IMG/VR virus record: IMGVR_UViG_3300036901_000095
Location: 1 to 59,277 of that record
Strand: one strand, 5' to 3'
DNA: 59,277 bases
Source: a virus
Taxonomy: Duplodnaviria > Caudoviricetes
In this document: piece by piece, positions 19,658-28,689 of the stretch
Layout: every line of letters starts with the position of its first letter
Position numbering within the stretch: position 1 is the stretch's first letter
Made by a program: the position numbers and the translations under genes
The notes under the pieces: model-generated
Databases searched by the model: none
Seen by the model: the letters and a program-made list of their open reading frames with translations, nothing else
Told to the model about the DNA's origin: nothing

Positions 19658-22141
19658 ATGACTTTAAATAAATCCAATCCGGCATTCACGCCAAAATCAA
19701 ACAGCAGCATCGCGCTGTTGCCCTATCCTTATATTGGTCTCGTAAAGAACAACACCGATTCACAAAACATGGGTCGACTCGGGGTGTGGATTCCCGAGCT
19801 TTGCGGCGATCCGCTGGACCAGGGTTCGTGGATCATTTGTAGTTATTGTTCTCCTTTCGCTGGCGCGACAAACCTCAATGAACTTGAAAACTATCAGGAC
19901 CCGAACACGCAGATCGTCAGCCAGCAATCCTATGGCTGGGTGGGAATCCCGCCTGACCTCAACAACGAGGTCATGGTGGTGTTCGCTTGTGGAGACATCA
20001 ACAAGGCTTATTGGGTTGGTTGCACATATCAACAAAACATGAACCACATGGTGCCGGGTATTTCCGTTGATACCACGTACCCAAATCAACAGGATATCGA
20101 TGGTGCGCCATTACCGACCATTGTTCCGGTCATGGAATATAACAAAGCGGGTGTGACTGGGTCTCCGAACAACGTGAATCGTCCGGTGTTTCAACCGCTG
20201 GCCACCGGTTTGATGCGGGAAGGCTTGTTGAACGATTTGGAACGTGGCGCGGCCTCGACCTCGATGCGTCGTGAAGCACCGCCGCTGATGTCGGGCTGGT
20301 TATCGCCACGCGGGAACACTATCCACATCGATGACAACGCGCAGGATGAATTCATCCGCTTTCGCACTCGTTCCGGTACCCAAATTTTAATCCACGAGAC
20401 AACCGGTTACATCTACATGAATTCGAAGAACGGTAATTCATGGTTCGAGATTTCCGATTCCGGGATCAATGGTTACACATCCGGTCCATTGAGCATGCGC
20501 GCGGTTGGCGACATCAATCTCATAGCCGGTGGCAACATGAATCTGGACGCCGCCAACATCAACATGCGCGCCACCAATCAGATCAACATGGGCGCGGTTA
20601 CCATCCAGATCGGTGCCAGTGGCGCACTGACCATGTCGGCTGGCACCAACATCAATTCAGCGGCGGCGGGCATCTGGGCGCGATCAGGCAGCACCATTCA
20701 GGACAACGCCGGAATCGTCCCGCCCGCGACTCCACCAACCAGCGTCACGGTCTCGGACACGAAGGCGATCAGTCCCACGGGCATCTGGACCTATGGTGCG
20801 ACCACCTTGAATTCCATCGCCAGTGTCATTCCCATGCACGAACCATGGCCGGGGCATCCGAATGCCAATATTCCACCCTTTCCAACAACGATTGTTCCCC
20901 AGCCCAATGTCGGGGGGCAGGGCAACGGCTCAAACGGTGGCGGGACGACCTACGCCCCTAACGCAGGCTCAGCCCCCGGATCATCCGGATCATCCACGCC
21001 ATCTAATGGTGCGATTGCCCCATCGAATCCGGCGACCAATTCATGCACGTTCGGCATCCCGAACACGGCTCCTATTTCCACGGTCAATTTCAACGCGATT
21101 CAGACCGCGTCACAACAGGTCAGCGGACTCCCCGCCAATCCTTTCGCCACCCTGCTGGCGTTCGCCAATATTGAGTCAACCTTTAACTCGTCCGCAGGAC
21201 CGGTATCAGGTCCAGGCGCGAAGGGACTGTTTCAGTTTATCGATGGAACATGGGACTGGATCGTCAGTCAGGCTGGCGCGCAATACGGTGTTCCCACTAC
21301 CAGTGGAGCGGTGTTCAATCCTGGCTATAATGCGCTGATGGGCGCGGCATACATGGTAAGTAACATGAAGGTACTCTCGAATAATGGATTAACCCCGGAT
21401 GCCGGAAATCTGTATCTCCTGCATTTCTTTGGACCGGGCGGCGGACAACTTGGAACCAGGGCCGCTGGAGGAATCACGTTTCTGAAGACTCTTGCCACTC
21501 AACCGTCCGGTATAGCAGCGTCATTATTCCCTAATCAGGCGGCTGGTGCGATCAACCACAATAATTTTTACAATCGCGCCAATAACGCTCCTTACACGAT
21601 GCAACAGGTTCATGACAATCTCAGAACCATCATCAACGACAAAGTCACGGCTTATCAGACGCAGGTAGGTTTGCCCGCGCCATGTGACAGAGTAAAAGGC
21701 AATACCACTGGGGTGTCCAACAAAATCAATCAGTCAAGTCCACAGGCAGCCGTCGCCAGCGCGCAAGGACTGACCGGACGATATTGGGGACGCAATGAGG
21801 AATGCGTTTCGTTGGTTCAATCGCCGATTCTCAATTTACAGAATACCTCGACATGGACCAAGGGTAGTAGTGATTTGGTCGCCAATCCGCCGCCTCCAGG
21901 AACAGCCATCGCGACCTTCGCGCCGAATGGTACATACACCAACCAGTATGGTCTGTCGCACGCGGCGATTTATCTCGGCCCAGCGGACAGCGGTAATGGC
22001 ATCAAAGTACTCGAACAATCCAATGGCCATCCGGCGCATATCAATCAATATCAGGTCGGCAATTCGCCTGGTTACGGCGCATGGGTCAAGGGCGTGGAGC
22101 AAGACGCGCGTAACTATTCCGTCGTCAACTACAACAACTGA
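19658..22141 (+). CDS. gp5: baseplate central spike (gp5/VgrG-like) with lytic transglycosylase and C-terminal amidase domains
   Basis: OB fold GLVKNNTD..MGRL.VWIP...PPDLNNEVMVVF; SLT IESTFN...AKGLFQFIDGTW; ECVSLVQ...GTAIATF...SHAAIYLG. Confidence 0.85.
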   Translation: MTLNKSNPAFTPKSNSSIALLPYPYIGLVKNNTDSQNMGRLGVWIPELCGDPLDQGSWIICSYCSPFAGATNLNELENYQDPNTQIVSQQSYGWVGIPPDLNNEVMVVFACGDINKAYWVGCTYQQNMNHMVPGISVDTTYPNQQDIDGAPLPTIVPVMEYNKAGVTGSPNNVNRPVFQPLATGLMREGLLNDLERGAASTSMRREAPPLMSGWLSPRGNTIHIDDNAQDEFIRFRTRSGTQILIHETTGYIYMNSKNGNSWFEISDSGINGYTSGPLSMRAVGDINLIAGGNMNLDAANINMRATNQINMGAVTIQIGASGALTMSAGTNINSAAAGIWARSGSTIQDNAGIVPPATPPTSVTVSDTKAISPTGIWTYGATTLNSIASVIPMHEPWPGHPNANIPPFPTTIVPQPNVGGQGNGSNGGGTTYAPNAGSAPGSSGSSTPSNGAIAPSNPATNSCTFGIPNTAPISTVNFNAIQTASQQVSGLPANPFATLLAFANIESTFNSSAGPVSGPGAKGLFQFIDGTWDWIVSQAGAQYGVPTTSGAVFNPGYNALMGAAYMVSNMKVLSNNGLTPDAGNLYLLHFFGPGGGQLGTRAAGGITFLKTLATQPSGIAASLFPNQAAGAINHNNFYNRANNAPYTMQQVHDNLRTIINDKVTAYQTQVGLPAPCDRVKGNTTGVSNKINQSSPQAAVASAQGLTGRYWGRNEECVSLVQSPILNLQNTSTWTKGSSDLVANPPPPGTAIATFAPNGTYTNQYGLSHAAIYLGPADSGNGIKVLEQSNGHPAHINQYQVGNSPGYGAWVKGVEQDARNYSVVNYNN

Positions 22142-22158
22142 TACATAAATAACAAATC

Positions 22159-22287
22159 ATGCCACCACAATTGAAAAATGATGAAGATCAGAAAGACAAG
22201 GTTGGTTTCGCGCTCGATGAGGTCGAGGACGAACCCGAGACGCAACCCGTCGAACAATCACAATATTACTACGATGGATGTTGCTGA
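22159..22287 (+). CDS. small acidic protein with FALDE motif (42 aa)
   Basis: ATG 7 nt after CATAAATA; not in the ORF track. Confidence 0.55.
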   Translation: MPPQLKNDEDQKDKVGFALDEVEDEPETQPVEQSQYYYDGCC

Positions 22288-22440
22288 ATGGCGACCATAC
22301 CCTCACATATCATGACACCAGCCGAAGCCGTCGAACTGATGCGCCAGGCACTCAAACCGAAATCCAAAACTTTTGCTTTGGACGAACTTGAAGACGAAGA
22401 CGATGATCCCATCGTCTTTCCTGATGAGTTTAGTTATTGA
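22288..22440 (+). CDS. small acidic protein with FALDE motif (50 aa)
   Basis: ATG immediately follows the previous stop. Confidence 0.55.
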   Translation: MATIPSHIMTPAEAVELMRQALKPKSKTFALDELEDEDDDPIVFPDEFSY

Positions 22441-22484
22441 ACACTGACACCATTCCTTGTATCATCCCCTGATTGGAGAGAACT

Positions 22485-23492
22485 ATGACATTGAAAATTA
22501 GTGAATTAGTCCGTGATGGTTACGAACGAGTGGTTAGTTTTTCCGACGACAGTGGATTTCAGGCGTATATCGCCATTCACAGCACGATTCTGGGACCGGC
22601 CCTCGGTGGCTGTCGCATCAAGTCCTACGCCTCGACCGATGATGCCCTGACCGATGTCCTGCTCTTGTCAAAAGGCATGACTTATAAAAGTAGCATCGCC
22701 GGATTGAACTTCGGTGGCGGCAAATGCGTTGTGATGGCCGAAAAGGCGACCCGCGAGATCATGCTCAAGGTTGGCGAGGCGGTCGAATATTTCAACGGTC
22801 TCTACGTTACCGCCGAGGATGTCGGCACCACTCTGGCGGATATTCAGACCGCCGCTGAAGTCACTGATTATACCGTCCATCTCGATGGTTCCAGCATGAC
22901 CGCCCGAGGCGTGCTGGCCTGCATGAAGACCGCCGTGAAATTTCACGGTGGATGGGGCGAAGAACTGAATGGCCTGCCCATTTGGGTCCAGGGACTGGGC
23001 AAGGTTGGCATGGACTTAGCCGAACGCATTGCCGCGCATATTCCAGATCACCTCAATCTGATGGTGTCTGATTTGCGTCCCGAGGCCGTGACCCAGGCTG
23101 AAGCCATGGGTGCCAGGGAACTCACCGAGGGCGACAAACGCTTCGTCGCCATTTACGCGCCGTGCGCGATGGGTCAGGTGATCAATGCCGACAATGTCAA
23201 CAAGGTGAACTATTCGATCATCTGCGGATCGGCCAACAACCAGTTATTGCATGATGATTACGCCGAGGTTCTGCGTCAGCGGGATGTCCTGTACTGCCCA
23301 GAATTCCTTGTCAATGCCGGTGGCATCATTAACGCGAGTTATGAATTCGAGCGTGACTTCGACCAGCAGAAATGCGAGGAACACACCGATTACCTCAGTG
23401 AGGTATTGCTCAAAGTTCTGACGATGGCGAAGGACGACAACACCACCCCCCTGAAGATCGCCATGCAACTGGCTGAAGCCGGACTGGAATGA
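22485..23492 (+). CDS. Leu/Val/Phe (ELFV family) amino-acid dehydrogenase
   Basis: AIHSTILGPALGGCR, GMTYK, GGGK, TAEDVGT, QGLGKVG, GSANNQL, VNAGG. Confidence 0.93.
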   Translation: MTLKISELVRDGYERVVSFSDDSGFQAYIAIHSTILGPALGGCRIKSYASTDDALTDVLLLSKGMTYKSSIAGLNFGGGKCVVMAEKATREIMLKVGEAVEYFNGLYVTAEDVGTTLADIQTAAEVTDYTVHLDGSSMTARGVLACMKTAVKFHGGWGEELNGLPIWVQGLGKVGMDLAERIAAHIPDHLNLMVSDLRPEAVTQAEAMGARELTEGDKRFVAIYAPCAMGQVINADNVNKVNYSIICGSANNQLLHDDYAEVLRQRDVLYCPEFLVNAGGIINASYEFERDFDQQKCEEHTDYLSEVLLKVLTMAKDDNTTPLKIAMQLAEAGLE

Positions 23493-23493
23493 C

Positions 23494-23823
23494 ATGTTAA
23501 AAACAATTGGATTGATTTTCGCGCTGAGCACGAGTATCGCTTACGCGCAGGACGATGTTTGGTATACGGTCCATCAGGCGGGCTGCGTGTCATTGTCCGA
23601 TGCCTCGAAAGGAATGCCCGACATTCAGGAGCCATGGACCAAGCCATCTGATTTACTGGCCTCGGCGGTCAGTCATGGCATGACCTTGAAAGCGCACATG
23701 GAAAGCGAGGATAACACGTCGGTGATGTATGTATTCACCGGCCATGATGACGCGCCGTTGAACATCGTCATGATCAAAGGTCGCGAGTTGTGTGAAAAGG
23801 CGTTGGAAGCCATCTCCAAGTAA
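23494..23823 (+). CDS. secreted hypothetical protein
   Basis: Signal peptide ending in AYA. Confidence 0.65.
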   Translation: MLKTIGLIFALSTSIAYAQDDVWYTVHQAGCVSLSDASKGMPDIQEPWTKPSDLLASAVSHGMTLKAHMESEDNTSVMYVFTGHDDAPLNIVMIKGRELCEKALEAISK

Positions 23824-23838
23824 CTGGAAGGAACTGTC

Positions 23839-24111
23839 ATGGCGTTCGAACTGGATGATCTCCCGCCGTTCATCGACGTGGTGCGGGCCACCCCTGTGAA
23901 AGTCAATAAGTTCGGACCTGTCTTGCAGATGACGCAGGACATCATGAAATATGATGACCTTGAGATGTCACTCGCTCTCAAGGTTCCCGTGGAGACCTAC
24001 CGGCGATGGAAGGCGTTCGATACGGTGCATTTTCCATTTGCGCGAAACATACTGGATCAACTGCTCGCGGAAACGAAGCCTCACATTGAACATTACGGAG
24101 ACGAAACATGA
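23839..24111 (+). CDS. small protein, N-terminal MAFELDD
   Basis: GAAGGA RBS; ATGA overlap with the next gene. Confidence 0.65.
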   Translation: MAFELDDLPPFIDVVRATPVKVNKFGPVLQMTQDIMKYDDLEMSLALKVPVETYRRWKAFDTVHFPFARNILDQLLAETKPHIEHYGDET

Positions 24112-24440
24112 CATTCAGTCTTGATGGCACTCATGATGCGCAACACGATGAGCGAGAGGCTCTCTACAAGGCTCTCAACGAGTTTTTCCTGCCGATGACG
24201 ACGGTTTACATGAAGCGTTACGTCGGACGGCCAATTCGCCCAATCATCGAAGACACCAACGTGCCATTCACACTCGATGACTCGCAAGCCTCGGTCAGCC
24301 TGGTGGGATCGCCACACCCAACCAAATTCGCGAGCCATATCAGCCGAATGATGACCGGATTCCTGAAAGACGAATTGCAGATTGTCCATTGTAGTCATTA
24401 TGCAGCCATCATAGCCAAACCACCAACGGAGATCGTATGA
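24108..24440 (+). CDS. small protein, N-terminal MTFSLDG and internal FTLDD
   Basis: GGAG RBS; ATGA overlaps at both ends. Confidence 0.65.
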   Translation: MTFSLDGTHDAQHDEREALYKALNEFFLPMTTVYMKRYVGRPIRPIIEDTNVPFTLDDSQASVSLVGSPHPTKFASHISRMMTGFLKDELQIVHCSHYAAIIAKPPTEIV

Positions 24441-24616
24441 CATTCAATCTTGATGACGGTAAACCGGGGAGCAATCCTCTACTTTTCGAACCCAACCTGC
24501 CCCTGCAATTAGGCGGCACATTCCGGATCATCATCCCCTCGTTCCCAGGGGTTTACCTGAGCAGGGATGTCATCATTCCTCCTGGTGGACTGGAAATCAT
24601 AGTCACGGAGTGTTGA
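24437..24616 (+). CDS. small protein, N-terminal MTFNLDD (59 aa)
   Basis: GGAG RBS, ATGA overlap; below the ORF-track length cutoff. Confidence 0.6.
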   Translation: MTFNLDDGKPGSNPLLFEPNLPLQLGGTFRIIIPSFPGVYLSRDVIIPPGGLEIIVTEC

Positions 24617-24617
24617 C

Positions 24618-24947
24618 ATGTTGAGTCGTCGCACGCTGTTCATTGGCCTGACCGGATTGTTGGTGGCTCCAGCCATCATCAAGGCGTCCTCATTGATGCC
24701 ATTGTCTCAGAAGAGCAATGGTTTGCTTGGCTTCGGTGATCCGCGCTACAATTATGAAGTCTTGTTCGATCACGAGACGGGTGAGAGAATGTCGCGCAGG
24801 ACCGACACTGCGACGCTCTGGCAGCCATCCCCTCGGCGAGACCAATGGTTTGAATTCGGACCTCAGGTTGATGGCTCGAAGGGTTTCACCATCTACAAGG
24901 CGAATCGTGTCCACACGACACAGATGGTCAGCGGTAATTTCGCATGA
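24618..24947 (+). CDS. twin-arginine signal protein
   Basis: MLSRRTLFIG...APAIIKASSLMP. Confidence 0.65.
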   Translation: MLSRRTLFIGLTGLLVAPAIIKASSLMPLSQKSNGLLGFGDPRYNYEVLFDHETGERMSRRTDTATLWQPSPRRDQWFEFGPQVDGSKGFTIYKANRVHTTQMVSGNFA

Positions 24948-25114
24948 GCTTCAATCTTGACGAGGGTGAACCGGTCGATATCCATGACCTGATCGTGCTG
25001 GTGGAACCGAGCGAGTCCCTTGCGCGGAAATTCGCTGATATGGAAAACTGGCGGGGAGAAATAGCAACGAGTCTTGGCTGGTTTGTGAAGAATGACGACC
25101 CTCGACCCGTCTGA
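24944..25114 (+). CDS. small protein, N-terminal MSFNLDE (56 aa)
   Basis: ATGA overlap with the upstream gene; overlaps the map start. Confidence 0.55.
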   Translation: MSFNLDEGEPVDIHDLIVLVEPSESLARKFADMENWRGEIATSLGWFVKNDDPRPV

Positions 25115-25877
25115 CTGGGACGGCATGCGAGCCGCTGGGCAACTGGCGGCGCGAGTCCTCGACATGATCCATCCGCACGTCGTTGAAGGTGTCACCACCG
25201 ATCAACTGAACACGCTCTGCCATGACTTCATCATCGCCCATGACGCGATTCCGGCCCCACTGAATTACAAGGACTTCCCAAAATCCATTTGCACGTCGAT
25301 CAATCACGTCGTCTGCCATGGTATCCCGTCCACCCGAAAACTGCTCGATGGTGACATCCTCAACATCGATGTGACGGTGATCCTTAATGGCTGGCATGGT
25401 GATAGCTCGCGCATGTATAGCGTCGGTGATCTATCCACCAAGGCGCGCAATCTGATGGACATCACCTATGAGGCCATGCTGCTCGGCATCGCGGCGGTCA
25501 GGCCCGGTGCCACTCTGGGCGACGTTGGTTTCGCCATACAGAGCTTCGCGGAAAGTCATCGCTACAGCGTGGTGCGGGATTTCTGCGGGCATGGCATTGG
25601 CCGTTTGTTCCACGAACCTCCGCCGATCCTGCATTACGGCAAGCCGAGTCAGGGGCTCGTTTTGCAGCCTGGCATGTTCTTCACCATTGAGCCGATGCTC
25701 AACATCGGTGGCTGGGAGGTCAAGACCCTGGCCGACAAATGGACTTCCGTCACCAAGGATCGGTCATTGTCCGCTCAGTACGAACACACGGTGGGCGTGA
25801 CCGAGACCGGCCATGAGATATTCACTCTTTCTTTCGCAGGATTGCATAAGACGCATGTACCAATTCAAAAAGGGTGA
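25092..25877 (+). CDS. map: type I methionine aminopeptidase
   Basis: CTSINHVVCHGIP, NIDVT, HGDSSRM, GHGIG..FHE, FTIEPM, AQYEHT. Confidence 0.96.
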   Translation: MTTLDPSDWDGMRAAGQLAARVLDMIHPHVVEGVTTDQLNTLCHDFIIAHDAIPAPLNYKDFPKSICTSINHVVCHGIPSTRKLLDGDILNIDVTVILNGWHGDSSRMYSVGDLSTKARNLMDITYEAMLLGIAAVRPGATLGDVGFAIQSFAESHRYSVVRDFCGHGIGRLFHEPPPILHYGKPSQGLVLQPGMFFTIEPMLNIGGWEVKTLADKWTSVTKDRSLSAQYEHTVGVTETGHEIFTLSFAGLHKTHVPIQKG

Positions 25878-26037
25878 TAAGATCAAGTTCCATGACTCGC
25901 CCACTATTTGGACCATCGACGAAGTACTGCCGAATGATTGTTTCAGTCTGAAAGAACATTGGTGCGCTCACCCGTTTCATGTGTCCATTCTGATTCTGGT
26001 TCAATCAGCGTCGTTTTCCCTCGACGACATCGACTAG
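25855..26037 (+). CDS. small SH3/KOW-like protein ending in FSLDDID
   Basis: MYQFKKGDKIKF start; same architecture as 4146-4373. Confidence 0.55.
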   Translation: MYQFKKGDKIKFHDSPTIWTIDEVLPNDCFSLKEHWCAHPFHVSILILVQSASFSLDDID

Positions 26038-26256
26038 CGTTTCCACCATGCCAGCATGCGATAGGCGGATTGCTGGCAATCACTTCCATCCATCCTCAGT
26101 CCCAGCCAGATCAAGGGGCAGAGGGGCAGGAGAACGATGGTCTTGATGGCCATACGACCGACATTGGTTGGAATCGCGTCGAAAATGCTATTAAGCGTGT
26201 CTCGTGGCATGGCATGAACTCCTTGACAAAATCCGAGGCTAGGCTACAAATTCGTC

Positions 26257-26706
26257 ATGATCAAGAGCCTCGATCCATTTGATGCCATCGCTTGGGATTT
26301 CGATGGCACGCTCATCAATCATCCCAAGTCTTCGTTGATGCATCAGTACATCAAGGCTCATCCCCAGAAGAAGCACGTCATCATCACCTTCCGCACGCAT
26401 GGCGCGCAATACCTGATTTTTGAGGAGATGCAGTTTCTTTATCCAGGCTCACCTGGGAAGGATCGTTTTGGTGACGTGATCAACATCAGCAATCTGGCGT
26501 GGCTTAATTTCACGCGGTATGATCGCATGCGTTATCATGGGCGGCTGAAGGGACCACTGACGCCGCACGAGGAATATTACATCAACTGGAAAGGCTCGAT
26601 CTGCAAGCAGCATGGTTTGTCGGTGCTGGTGGATGATCGTACCGACCATGTGGCGTCCGGTTGTGAGAAACACGGCATCGTGTTCATTCATCCCGACGAT
26701 TTGTAA
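26257..26706 (+). CDS. HAD-superfamily hydrolase
   Basis: WDFDGTL, ITFR, K...LVDD; TTGACA promoter immediately upstream. Confidence 0.75.
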   Translation: MIKSLDPFDAIAWDFDGTLINHPKSSLMHQYIKAHPQKKHVIITFRTHGAQYLIFEEMQFLYPGSPGKDRFGDVINISNLAWLNFTRYDRMRYHGRLKGPLTPHEEYYINWKGSICKQHGLSVLVDDRTDHVASGCEKHGIVFIHPDDL

Positions 26707-26716
26707 AGTATAAATA

Positions 26717-26865
26717 GAATTGTCGATGAAGACGACCTGATAAAGATCGTAATCCGCCCCTTGTGGGCGTTGTTGCCCTAAGGGGAAATCTTCAAAGACA
26801 CGGACTAAAACTTAGCTACGGCTTCCATCATCTTCGGAGGGTAAAGATTCATGTGTCTTTGCCAA
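26717..26865 (+). ncRNA. candidate structured non-coding RNA under a late promoter
   Basis: TATAAATA at 26709 with no downstream + ORF; stems GTCG/CGAC, CGCCC/GGGCG, AAAGACAC/GTGTCTTT, CTTCC/GGAGG. Confidence 0.4.
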
Positions 26866-26874
26866 GTTAAATCT

Positions 26875-27183
26875 TTATGTCCGCCCCATGCGGGATAATT
26901 GCATGGCGTCGCGCACCGCGAGGGCGAGGGCCATCATCTCAGTCAGTTCATTTCTGGCTTCCATGTAGGCTCGCGCGCTCTTGGCCGTCTCGGGAAACCG
27001 GTCTTCAAGAATCTTCAGACGTGCTTGGTGTTGCGCTTTCAGATCATCATGGAATTGCATGACATTCGTATATTCCACGGCCTCCGCAATGGTCGCATTC
27101 CAGTCATGATGATCGATCCGCTCCAGATGCCAGATGATGGCATCCTCGCCGCCGATGGGTTCACCTGGAAAATCAGAGATCAT
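26875..27183 (-). CDS. hypothetical protein
   Basis: ORF in a tightly packed minus-strand run. Confidence 0.55.
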   Translation of the reverse strand: MISDFPGEPIGGEDAIIWHLERIDHHDWNATIAEAVEYTNVMQFHDDLKAQHQARLKILEDRFPETAKSARAYMEARNELTEMMALALAVRDAMQLSRMGRT

Positions 27184-27442
27184 CGATCACACGCACTTCA
27201 TCCATGTTGATGGGAATGCCCTGTCTCTCGCAAGCGTCTGAAAGAAACTGCGTGGCTTGTTTCCTTCCCATCTTATTTCGTAATTTGGTGAGGCGAATAT
27301 CGGTATAGCCTGCTTGTTTCAGATAAGTCGATGCCTTGTCGGATTTTCCCGTGGTGATGAAGATCGGCACGATTTTGCGGCTCTCGGTTTCAATCGCGTG
27401 ACCGACCATGGTCACGTGGATTCCGGTATGCGATATTGACAT
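27173..27442 (-). CDS. hypothetical protein
   Basis: GGGAG RBS before MSISH. Confidence 0.55.
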   Translation of the reverse strand: MSISHTGIHVTMVGHAIETESRKIVPIFITTGKSDKASTYLKQAGYTDIRLTKLRNKMGRKQATQFLSDACERQGIPINMDEVRVIDDL

Positions 27443-27672
27443 TTTTGACTCCCTCGCAGCGGATGATTCCACGCGTAATAGCTCAATTCATCGAACAATT
27501 GCTTGAGGCTATGACTGATGATGATGAGCGGAAAGATCATGAGGAACATCTGAGCCGCCATGAAACAAAAACGATGCGTGAGAATGTCGACCACCATCCA
27601 GCCTGCGACGGCGCAGGATATGAACAGCTTGATGATGGCGACACCCAACCAAATCATGCGTCTTGATCCACC

Positions 27673-28080
27673 TCAGTCGATCTTGTAGTCGCCGGTCCAA
27701 GTCCCCGTGGAACCGGTCGGGGTCTGTTTGTCGGTGAACGTCCCTCCACCGGAGAGATTCTCGAACATACCGGTGCCCCCGATGAATTGCCACTTGCCTT
27801 CCATGATCAACTCTTCTCCCCTCAACCTCACGGTGGCCTCGCTCGTTCCGTAGCTGGTATCACCGGTCGGATGGGTATTTCTGAAGTAGCCTCGCATCGT
27901 GCCATTGCCGCCCACGGTATCAATGATTCCCCACAAGGTCAGTATCGATCCTTCGAACTCCGGCTCGGTCGTTTCCTGCGGGCCGCGCGCCATCATCAAT
28001 CCGATCTGATGATCGGCTGGACCGTTTATCATGGTTTGTGTTTCGATTGTCACCGTGTAGCCGCCATTGAATTTTGGCAT
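27673..28080 (-). CDS. beta-barrel (allene-oxide-cyclase/dirigent-like) hypothetical protein
   Basis: GKWQFIGGTGMFENLSGGGTF motif; RBS before MPKFNGG. Confidence 0.5.
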   Translation of the reverse strand: MPKFNGGYTVTIETQTMINGPADHQIGLMMARGPQETTEPEFEGSILTLWGIIDTVGGNGTMRGYFRNTHPTGDTSYGTSEATVRLRGEELIMEGKWQFIGGTGMFENLSGGGTFTDKQTPTGSTGTWTGDYKID

Positions 28081-28176
28081 TGTCGGACCCCTTCGTTCAT
28101 GGATGCGGAGAGCGGCGGCAAACTCTCCGATTTCCCACAGATCGTCAACAGATATTCCCATGAGCGAACTCTAAAT

Positions 28177-28689
28177 TTATTCTCGCATCCTGAGACGCAG
28201 GCGTGTCAGATCATCGGGCAGCAATTTCTCGCCATTCCATTCGGCGACGGCGTGTCCGACAGGGATATCCCCGACAGCGTTGATCAGGCTCTCGGCCAGT
28301 TCCAACGCGCCATGATGATAGGGACGCTCGGCGGGGGTTATGACATGCACCAAGCGTTGCCGTACATAGAAACCGAGCCACCCAGACGAGTCAACGATCA
28401 CCAGACCATCATGCGCCTCGGTCCAGTCATGATTGATCTCCTTGGCATCGACCACGGGCGTCCCTGCGGGCATCTCTGAGGCGGTGACGCCTTCGCCGCT
28501 ATCCCAACGCGGCTTCATCCCTGGATGGCCCTGTACGGCCCGCAGGGAGTTGACACAGAGGTATTTGGGACTGAATTTGGCGACGCCTTCGATGCGTTCG
28601 AAATGTTTCCAGCGGATTTCCTCTCCCACCGGTTCGACGACAACGACGCGCTGGCCGATAGTGGCCTCGCTCAACTTGAAAGTTTTCAT
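28177..28689 (-). CDS. hypothetical protein
   Basis: Start MKTFKLSE coupled to the upstream ORF 28686-28874. Confidence 0.5.
   Translation of the reverse strand: MKTFKLSEATIGQRVVVVEPVGEEIRWKHFERIEGVAKFSPKYLCVNSLRAVQGHPGMKPRWDSGEGVTASEMPAGTPVVDAKEINHDWTEAHDGLVIVDSSGWLGFYVRQRLVHVITPAERPYHHGALELAESLINAVGDIPVGHAVAEWNGEKLLPDDLTRLRLRMRE

Noticed and set aside
22159-26037. Lanthipeptide biosynthetic cluster (FNLD leaders)
   Set aside because: No LanB/LanC/LanM or transporter in the window, no Ser/Thr/Cys-rich cores, and the motif also occurs internally and at the C-terminus.
26717-26865. Canonical tmRNA
   Set aside because: No TTCRA T-loop, no NCCA end and no tag reading frame; kept only as an unknown ncRNA candidate.
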